Of a stretch of 64,000 nucleotides of DNA, positions 39,411 to 45,913 are shown piece by piece. The stretch spans positions 1,595 through 65,594 of the forward strand of contig JANMOT010000043.1 of NCBI GenBank assembly GCA_031369485.1, given 5' to 3'. Under the pieces are notes generated by a model, which did no database searches, was not told the DNA's origin, and saw only the letters and a list, made by a program, of their open reading frames with translations. Position numbers and translations under genes: made by a program. How positions within the stretch are numbered: position 1 is the stretch's first letter; the number at the start of each line of letters is the position of its first letter. The stretch comes from Sphingobacteriia bacterium (GTDB taxonomy: Bacteria > Bacteroidota > Bacteroidia > Chitinophagales > Chitinophagaceae).

Positions 39411-39465
39411 ATATATTTATTTAAAAGAAATGAATATTAAATGCAGGTGTATATTTTAAATACAG

Positions 39466-40104
39466 TTATTGAAATGTAGCTTGTTTTTTGGTTTTTAATC
39501 CGTTGACCATAAGGCTGGAAATTGCTGCTATCCGATGTTCTAGTACCGCTTGATTCTCTGTAAGTAACTCTCGCTCAATACCCCTGATACTGCCTACTAT
39601 AACCAAGGTAAGAATGTCCATTTCTTGGGCCAGTACAGGATTAAATTCGCCTTGCTGAATCCCAAACTCAAGAATTGATTCAATTAATGCTTTTTCTTGC
39701 TGGGCATATTCACTAAATAAGCTTTTGCTACAAGTGGGCTGTTCCATTAAATCACCGCATACCAATCTGTATAAGTTGAGCATATTGCCAAGAACGGTAA
39801 TTCTGGTGACAGCAAATGTTTTTAATTTTTCTTCGGCTGTAATGGCTGCATTAACGGCAATTTTTGTCTTCTCGAATACCTCTTTCAGCTCTTTCTGAAG
39901 TACTTCAGCAAATATTTCCTCCTTACTTTCATAGTAATAGTAAAGGGTGCTCTTGCCTTTACCCAACGATTTGGCAATATCTTCCATAGTGGTCTTTTTT
40001 AGACCAAATGCCTGAAATAGCTTTTGCGCTGCGCGGATAATATCTTCTTTGAAAATTTCTTCTTTCACTATAAACTTTTGGACTAAATTCGTTTTGTAGT
40101 CCAA
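39466..40104 (-). CDS. TetR/AcrR family transcriptional regulator
   Basis: N-terminal HTH IIRAAQKLFQAFGLKKTTMEDIAKSLGKGKSTLYYYY. The only in-frame start is the TTG at 40104. Lies 55 nt upstream of MIPS on the same strand. Confidence 0.85.
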   Translation of the reverse strand: MDYKTNLVQKFIVKEEIFKEDIIRAAQKLFQAFGLKKTTMEDIAKSLGKGKSTLYYYYESKEEIFAEVLQKELKEVFEKTKIAVNAAITAEEKLKTFAVTRITVLGNMLNLYRLVCGDLMEQPTCSKSLFSEYAQQEKALIESILEFGIQQGEFNPVLAQEMDILTLVIVGSIRGIERELLTENQAVLEHRIAAISSLMVNGLKTKKQATFQ

Positions 40105-40135
40105 AATTAATGTATTTTTGATGTTTCACATTAAT
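40078..40135. promoter_or_regulatory. two 8-bp perfect inverted repeats at and just upstream of the TetR start (candidate operators)
   Basis: TTGGACTA (40078-40085) / TAGTCCAA (40097-40104) spans the TTG start. ATTAATGT (40106-40113) / ACATTAAT (40128-40135) lies immediately upstream. Function not shown. Confidence 0.25.
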
Positions 40136-40320
40136 AATCAGCAAAAAGACGATAAAAATTTCTAAAAAAAATTGATTTAAGTTAAGAATTGCTGTAAAAA
40201 CAAATATTAATTGCTTCTTTTACACGAGTGGAAAGAATTTACACAAAAAATATGTTTATTTCGTTTAAGATTTGATAATAGTATTTTAATAGTAATTTTA
40301 CACAAAAGCGGGAATTAAGG

Positions 40321-41133
40321 ATGAAAAAATGGGAAAGTAGATTTACACTAGGAAATTCAATTACGCCAGAGCAGCTTGATTTTTTCAATGAGCAAGGCGT
40401 AATTATTTTTCGCAATTTTATCAGTCCAGAACTTGTGCAGGAGTATATCAGTGAAATTTTTCGAATTGAAACCCTTTGGCTGGAAGAAAAAAGGGAGAAA
40501 GTAAATGGAATTCCAATCAAATTTGGCAAGACAGAAAGTGGCGATACCATGATCCAGCGGTTCTGTTTCAGTTCGCAATTCAGCAATGCTCTAAGCCATC
40601 TACTTAATGATGAAAGACTAAATGCACTAACCTCCTTATTACATCCGTATGAAGGGCGTATTGGGGAGAATGAAAAAGATGGCTTGGTAATTAATAACTA
40701 TATCAACACTGCCAACAGCGCGTTTACTCAAATGGGATGGCATACTGATAGCCCGAGAGATTTGTTTCTTGGACAAAAAATAATGCCGATGTTGAATGTT
40801 GGCATTCACCTAGATACTTGTTTATTTGAGAATGGGGGGTTGCGTGTAATTCCCGGAACGCATAAACAAAGTATTTTCAAATTGCTCTTTGGAAAAAAAT
40901 ATTTTATTGACAATTCCGACGACCAGCGTGAAGTTGGATTTGATATACATTCTGGTGATTTAACCGTACACGATGGGCGAACTTGGCATAGAGTAAAACA
41001 ATCCCCTTTAATGGGAGAAGCCAGTAGAAGAAGGGTCATGTATATTCCAATTGTTACGGGTAAATACAAACCAAAATCTGCCAATAGCAAAACACCGCTT
41101 TACCAACGATTGGCGTCTAGAGTACCCAAATAG
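40321..41133 (+). CDS. phytanoyl-CoA dioxygenase (PhyH) family Fe(II)/2-oxoglutarate oxygenase
   Basis: HxD facial-triad motif (GWHTDSP), a distal His (TVHDGRTWHRV) and a PhyH-like N-terminus. Confidence 0.8.
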   Translation: MKKWESRFTLGNSITPEQLDFFNEQGVIIFRNFISPELVQEYISEIFRIETLWLEEKREKVNGIPIKFGKTESGDTMIQRFCFSSQFSNALSHLLNDERLNALTSLLHPYEGRIGENEKDGLVINNYINTANSAFTQMGWHTDSPRDLFLGQKIMPMLNVGIHLDTCLFENGGLRVIPGTHKQSIFKLLFGKKYFIDNSDDQREVGFDIHSGDLTVHDGRTWHRVKQSPLMGEASRRRVMYIPIVTGKYKPKSANSKTPLYQRLASRVPK

Positions 41134-41163
41134 CAGAGCGTCTATATTTATAAAAATCAATAT

Positions 41164-41943
41164 ATGCAATACGCATTAATTACTGGCGCCAGCAAAGGAA
41201 TTGGCAAAGCCATGGCGGCTGAAATGGCGAAAAGAGGTTACGGGGTATTGTTGATTGCGCGAAGCGAATTGTTATTGCAGCAAAATTGTGTTGAACTGAA
41301 TGAACTGTACAAAGTACCTACACAGTTTTTAGCCATTGATTTAACAGATCCTAGCGCACCGCAAGCTATTTTTGATTGGTGCATCAACAACCAGTATAAA
41401 ATATCCGTTTTAATAAATAATGCTGGATATGGACTGAATGGATCATTGGAAGACTACCCACTCTACAACCATTTACAGATGATGCAACTAAATATGAACG
41501 CAGTTGTTGCTCTTTGTTACCTGTTTTTGCCAGAGTTAATAAAACAACAAGCTGCATATATAGGAAATATATCCAGTACGGCTGCCTATCAGTCAGTCCC
41601 AGGATTGAATATATACGCTGCAACAAAAACTTTTGTCCGCAGTTTTAGTCGCGGCCTTGCTTATGAACTCAGGAATACTGGTGTAAAAGTCTGCTGTATT
41701 TGTCCCGGCACTACCGATACTGACTTTGCCCATCATGCAAATATTACAAATGAGAAAGCCATTAAGATGGCTGCCAAGTTCAATATGAACCCAGCAGATG
41801 TGGCCAAACAAGCAGTTGAAGGGATTTTGGCTGGGAAAAAAGAAGTAGTACCTGGAGCTACCAATAAAATACTTAAATACCTATCGAATATAGTACCTGA
41901 TAGCATTTTAGAGCAATCTGCAGCAGGAATTTACGGCATCTGA
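41164..41943 (+). CDS. SDR-family oxidoreductase
   Basis: TGASKGIGKAMA cofactor motif, NNAG, and catalytic YxxxK (YAATK). Confidence 0.9.
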   Translation: MQYALITGASKGIGKAMAAEMAKRGYGVLLIARSELLLQQNCVELNELYKVPTQFLAIDLTDPSAPQAIFDWCINNQYKISVLINNAGYGLNGSLEDYPLYNHLQMMQLNMNAVVALCYLFLPELIKQQAAYIGNISSTAAYQSVPGLNIYAATKTFVRSFSRGLAYELRNTGVKVCCICPGTTDTDFAHHANITNEKAIKMAAKFNMNPADVAKQAVEGILAGKKEVVPGATNKILKYLSNIVPDSILEQSAAGIYGI

Positions 41944-41963
41944 TATTTAATAGCACTCAATAT

Positions 41964-41994
41964 TTTGAGAATAAACAGGATTGTAATATATTTG
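41964..41994 (+). promoter_or_regulatory. Bacteroidota-type promoter for tRNA-Arg
   Basis: -33 TTTG (41964-41967) and -7 TATATTTG (41987-41994), an exact TAnnTTTG match, with a 19-nt spacer. The tRNA starts 19 nt downstream. Confidence 0.5.
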
Positions 41995-42012
41995 CAGCCC
42001 CGTAGGGGAAAT

Positions 42013-42089
42013 GGCTGCGTAGCTCAACTGAATAGAGCATCTGACTACGGATCAGAAGGTTTTAGGTTTGAATCCTAACGCGGTCACCA
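42013..42089 (+). tRNA. tRNA-Arg (anticodon ACG), CCA encoded
   Basis: Hand-folded cloverleaf. Acceptor GGCTGCG/CGCGGTC (two G-U pairs). D arm GCTC-AACTGAATA-GAGC. Anticodon arm TCTGA-CTACGGA-TCAGA. Variable loop AGGTT. T arm TTAGG-TTTGAAT-CCTAA. Discriminator A followed by CCA. Confidence 0.9.
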
Positions 42090-42098
42090 CACAGGACT

Positions 42099-42129
42099 GA
42101 GCAGCATTTTTGCTGCTCTTTTCTTTTTT
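42099..42129 (+). terminator. intrinsic terminator after tRNA-Arg
   Basis: 8-bp stem GAGCAGCA/TGCTGCTC with a TTTT loop, followed by TTTTCTTTTTT. Confidence 0.8.
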
Positions 42130-42130
42130 A

Positions 42131-42549
42131 CAATCGCTGAAACCATTGCCACCATTGCATAGCAGGTCAAGTACCTCACTCGGCTGCATGGTTTGAAAAG
42201 TATTGTTATTATAAACCAGTTTTTCAGGGAATATCAAACCAAGCATTTTCTGCCGATTTTCTATGTTAGCAGCCCGGTAATATTGGTCCATATTACTCTG
42301 TAGGGATAAACCATACCGATAGTATTCCTGAAATCCGCTTTCAGCGGCTTTCAGTTCCGCAATCTGGCTTCTCAGTTCAGTACACTCTCTTGACAGACTT
42401 TCCTTTATTCGTTTATATTTGATGAAGAAATTGTTTTTAATAACCTTAACCAACAAGCTGTCAAAACAATGCGTAAGGTTAAGGCAGATATAAGTAAGAT
42501 TATTTTGATGATGAAGGCTTACTGCTTCAAGCGAAAAGAAGTAGAGCAA
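42131..42549 (-). pseudogene. C-terminal remnant of a large serine recombinase
   Basis: The segment KYKRIKESL...RSQIAELK...YYRYGLSLQSNMDQYYRAANIENRQKMLGLIFPEKLVYNNNTFQTMQPSEVLDLL resembles the C-terminal tail of Bacteroidota recombinase-family proteins. The resolvase catalytic and recombinase domains are absent. The track ORF runs on through the terminator and tRNA, which cannot be coding. Confidence 0.55.
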
Positions 42550-42550
42550 T

Positions 42551-42558
42551 TAATTTTG
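42551..42558 (+). promoter_or_regulatory. -7-type box upstream of the nuclease gene pair
   Basis: TAATTTTG matches TAnnTTTG and lies 22 nt upstream of the ATG at 42581. No clear -33 element. Confidence 0.3.
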
Positions 42559-42580
42559 AACAAGCTAAAAGAAAACGAGA

Positions 42581-43003
42581 ATGGCCAAAGCAAAGAAAGA
42601 AGTTAGTGTTAGAAAATCAGGATACAACACAGGAACGGCAAGTGAGTTTTTAGTACTGAGCAATCTTTACAGGTTAGGAGTAAATGCTTTTATTAGCTTG
42701 GGTAATAAAAAAAGTATTGACCTTATTATCAAAGCAAAAAATGGTTCATCTCTATCGGTTGATGTAAAGTCAGTGCAGGGATATAGTTCCATTGTGGTTA
42801 ATAATGTGAAGGCAGCAGCAAATCATTTCATTGTGGTGGTAGTGTATAGAAACAAGTTTGCTGACCCAACGGTATTACCTGATTTCTACATTATCCCTTC
42901 TGATAATGTTGCTGGCCTGTCGGAGAACTATAAGGGTCAGTTGAGGCTTTTAAAGGGCAGCATTGTCAGCTATCAAGACAAATGGAAGCCCTTACAGTTA
43001 TAA
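42581..43003 (+). CDS. small PD-(D/E)xK nuclease-fold protein (PDDEXK_5-like)
   Basis: GTASEFLVLSNLYRLGVNAFISLGNKKSIDLIIKAKNGSSLSVDVKS gives the E ... D ... (D/E)xK order, with a core beta-strand pattern like small group-I-intron-type endonucleases. The assignment rests on motifs only. Confidence 0.55.
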   Translation: MAKAKKEVSVRKSGYNTGTASEFLVLSNLYRLGVNAFISLGNKKSIDLIIKAKNGSSLSVDVKSVQGYSSIVVNNVKAAANHFIVVVVYRNKFADPTVLPDFYIIPSDNVAGLSENYKGQLRLLKGSIVSYQDKWKPLQL

Positions 43004-43019
43004 TTAAGATTGTAAATAA

Positions 43020-43691
43020 ATGAGTGCAACCATAGCAAAAGCAAAGGATATTTTAACAGGCAGAATTTTTCATATAGATAATGTTGATAAAACTATAAAG
43101 GCAGAATTTGAATGTTGTGAATGCAAGCAAAAACTATCACCGGTTAAAACAGAAGTAAGGGGCAAAGACTGGCATTTCAGACATCTGCAAACTACTGATA
43201 TAGCAAAATGCAGAAGTACAGCCTTACATGATTTTGCAGTACAGATATTAATGGAAAATGCAGCTATCTCAATTTCAAAGAAATTGCAAATAGCTTACAG
43301 TGACCCAAGAAAGGAAATTACTGTTTTTGGCAAGCGGTCGGATGTAACAGTTAAATATGAAAATGAAGATGTACACTTTGAGGTTTTTGTAACCCATGAT
43401 TTGGACAATGAAAAGATTGGTATTTACAAAGACAATAAAGTAAAATGTGTGAGAATTGATTTGAGTGAACCGGTGTTGTTAACGGCATCCCCGGAGAAAA
43501 TTAAAGAGGCGGTTCTAAATCAGTATAAAAACAAAACGGTTGTTTATTGGCAGGATGAAATAGTAAAGCCTCACGAATCAAATGAGCCGGATTTTGGATT
43601 TAAACATTTACTATTATTAGCAGGGGCATTTATCGGGTTAAGGTTTCTTTACAATCGTTTCTTTAAGCCAAAAAGACGAAATTTGCGGTAG
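43020..43691 (+). CDS. CoiA-like nuclease-family protein with C-terminal membrane anchor
   Basis: FECCECKQKL...DWHFRH (Cys pair plus HFxH), then RSDVTV...VHFEVFV, as in the CoiA-like family. C-terminal hydrophobic helix HLLLLAGAFIGLRFLY and basic tail KPKRRNLR. Starts 16 nt after the preceding gene. Confidence 0.5.
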   Translation: MSATIAKAKDILTGRIFHIDNVDKTIKAEFECCECKQKLSPVKTEVRGKDWHFRHLQTTDIAKCRSTALHDFAVQILMENAAISISKKLQIAYSDPRKEITVFGKRSDVTVKYENEDVHFEVFVTHDLDNEKIGIYKDNKVKCVRIDLSEPVLLTASPEKIKEAVLNQYKNKTVVYWQDEIVKPHESNEPDFGFKHLLLLAGAFIGLRFLYNRFFKPKRRNLR

Positions 43692-44120
43692 TTGTTAAAT
43701 ATAAATAGATATGTCCAGTCTTTACATAGATGAAAGTTACCACTTGGAACATGATGGGAAGCCTGTTATGTGTATTGGCTGGAATAAAGGGCAAAAAACC
43801 CCCACTTCGTAAGTGAGGAACGCAACTTTAGGCATTGCGGTTGAGTGGACAAGCCACCTACCAGTGCCTTTACTCTTTGAGTAATGCATCACAAATATAT
43901 GGGTTGTTTTGAGAAAACGAAGTCAATTCCGCAATCTAAATAGTTTTTTGTATAATCCGGTGAAGCTGACCACCAATCCGGCTATTGTGACCTAAAAACA
44001 ATTTTAGATAGAATAATGAACCCTGCATCCCATGCCACGGGGGAAACTATGTATGCAAAAGAATTAGTTGTAAGTTGCTAAAAATTATCATCCAAAAGCT
44101 GTTTTAACGTATCTAAATCG

Positions 44121-44196
44121 TTATCAATTATTTGTATTTACTTAGGTATTCGAATTTGCAATATTTACTTTTTCAAGTATTGATTATCAATTATTT
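44121..44196 (+). repeat. paired direct repeats upstream of the HipA-like kinase gene
   Basis: The 13-mer TTATCAATTATTT occurs at 44121-44133 and 44184-44196. The 9-mer TATTTACTT occurs at 44135-44143 and 44162-44170. The order is A-B ... B-A, and the block ends 75 nt before the ATG at 44271. Confidence 0.6.
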
Positions 44197-44270
44197 AAAC
44201 CACCTGAGTAGTTACAAAGAATTAAAAACATTTTTAGATGCTAAAAAAACAGCAGCATAATTATTAATAA

Positions 44271-45080
44271 ATGATAAAAAACGTACAATCCATAGAGCAG
44301 GTAGAAAAGGTATTTGATACAGGCGATAAGCCCATATTAATACACTGTACCGACTTGGAATTTTATGTAAGCAAATACAACAGCACAGCAGGTACGGCAA
44401 ACTTATTGTTTAGAGAATTTATGACTTCATCCTTTTTAAAAATTTGGGGTTTACAAGTACCCGATTTTGCAATTGTTGCTTTACAACCACATCATAACCC
44501 TGCAAATGGCAGGTATATAAACAATGCCATGCCCTGCTTTGGTTCTATGTACAATAATGAATACAGGGAGTTAGATGCTTTTATAAACGAAGTTTCGCCA
44601 GCACAACGGCAAAGATTTAATACCACTTTCGATTTATTAAAAATAACCCTGTTTGATTATTGGGTTTCCAACGAAGATAGAAACCACAATAATTATAATT
44701 TGATGCTTAAAATGGAAGATAAGAGCTATAAATTTGTACCAATAGACGGTGGAGCCGTATTTCACACAGGCAATCAAAATAGGGAAAATTATACACTTTC
44801 CATAGAAGAAAGCCTTATTTCCAGCCCATTATTTCAAAACCTCATCATTGCAGAAACCAGTTTTAACGCCGAAATAATAGCAAATCTTAAAGAAATCTAC
44901 TACTTTTGCATTCAGAGTTGTAAGTCTCAATTACAAAATATAATTAACGATGTTCCAGAAGAGTGGCAAATAAACAAACCAGCAGAAGCAATAAATTTAG
45001 ATGTTTTTCTATTTAACACTAATTGGATAGAAGAATGTTGGACAACTTTTTTAGAGCATTTACACAACTCAGGCATTTAA
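44271..45080 (+). CDS. HipA-like serine/threonine kinase family protein
   Basis: Catalytic-loop-like DYWVSNEDRNHNNYNLM, followed by FVPIDGG (DxG) and N-lobe LEFYVSKY. 269 aa. Confidence 0.7.
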   Translation: MIKNVQSIEQVEKVFDTGDKPILIHCTDLEFYVSKYNSTAGTANLLFREFMTSSFLKIWGLQVPDFAIVALQPHHNPANGRYINNAMPCFGSMYNNEYRELDAFINEVSPAQRQRFNTTFDLLKITLFDYWVSNEDRNHNNYNLMLKMEDKSYKFVPIDGGAVFHTGNQNRENYTLSIEESLISSPLFQNLIIAETSFNAEIIANLKEIYYFCIQSCKSQLQNIINDVPEEWQINKPAEAINLDVFLFNTNWIEECWTTFLEHLHNSGI

Positions 45081-45082
45081 TA

Positions 45083-45913
45083 ATGACAACTCAATATAGT
45101 ATATTATCGGTTTTAATACGACCAGAAATACAGGAAAAAATCACTATTGGTTTTTTGCTAATAAATGGTAACGAGGTATTTTTTGATTACTCTAAGCACA
45201 AATTAGGAGTAGCCAAAAATCTATTATCAGCCAATGCCTATAATTCATTAAAAGATGCCATTCACAATATTAACGCTACAGCCAATAATTATAAACATAA
45301 TACAACAAGCGATACACCCAGTAAAATAAATTCTTTTTCTGTAACATACATTGAATACCTAAGCAGATATAACAATAATATTTTATCTTTTACTGCTTTA
45401 AAATCTATTGAAGTATCAGCCAATTTAGAAGTATTTACAAAGCTGTTTCATAAGTTTATTGATAATACAATTGCACCAGTAAAGAAAACTTTCGTTTCCG
45501 AAATTCAGAAATTTAAAAAAGAAAAGAAGGTTGAATTATCTAAGCATTTTAATATTGATAAGAAAATAACACCCAACGAAATCGAAGGCCTTATTGTTCC
45601 TGTATCAGTTACTTTAATTGGTCAAAATGAAGTTCCCGCATTTGTACAAACTTTAGATTTAGAACGTAGTACATCTTATTTAATAAAAGACATTTCGGAA
45701 ATACTTTTTTTACAAAAAGCATTTGTTAGTACCCATTTACAAAGTGTGGCAATGGCTATTACAAACGAACCTAATAAAAATAAGTACCCAGAGCAACATG
45801 ATATTTGGGAGCAACTACGCAATACTAAAGACATTTTGCATTACGATATTAGCGATGCAGATGCAGTAATAGAATATGCCGTTGAGCATAATGTTCATCC
45901 ATTCATAAAGTAA
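45083..45913 (+). CDS. DUF3037-like protein
   Basis: The ATG at 45083 lies 2 nt after the kinase stop. The N-terminus YSILSVLIRPEIQEKITIGFLLINGNEVFF matches my recollection of the DUF3037 opening (YSVLRYVPD...GEFVNVGVVL). The track's longer start (45023) would overlap the kinase gene by 58 nt. Confidence 0.65.
   Translation: MTTQYSILSVLIRPEIQEKITIGFLLINGNEVFFDYSKHKLGVAKNLLSANAYNSLKDAIHNINATANNYKHNTTSDTPSKINSFSVTYIEYLSRYNNNILSFTALKSIEVSANLEVFTKLFHKFIDNTIAPVKKTFVSEIQKFKKEKKVELSKHFNIDKKITPNEIEGLIVPVSVTLIGQNEVPAFVQTLDLERSTSYLIKDISEILFLQKAFVSTHLQSVAMAITNEPNKNKYPEQHDIWEQLRNTKDILHYDISDADAVIEYAVEHNVHPFIK

Noticed and set aside
40239-40586. A 115-aa minus-strand ORF spanning the TetR-PhyH intergenic region and the PhyH start.
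   Set aside because: It overlaps a well-supported PhyH gene and an AT-rich promoter region. Its sequence is low-complexity, and it has no start context or motif.
42052-42130. The 3' part of track ORF 42052-42549, reading through the tRNA-Arg gene and its terminator.
   Set aside because: This stretch is fully explained by the tRNA 3' half, an 8-bp terminator stem and a T-run. The open frame here is coincidental, and only the upstream part resembles a recombinase.
43954-43975. AATCCGGTGAAGCTGACCACCA in the ORF-free spacer, reminiscent of the tRNA end AATCC...GGTCACCA. It could be an internal att remnant splitting two sub-islands.
   Set aside because: Similarity is limited to the 5-nt start and the CACCA end, and the middle does not align. 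The idea is noted only.
45023-45082. The longer start for the DUF3037 ORF (MDRRMLDNFF...), overlapping the kinase gene by 58 nt.
   Set aside because: The ATG at 45083 lies 2 nt after the kinase stop and gives an N-terminus that begins right at the conserved-looking domain. The extension has no independent support.
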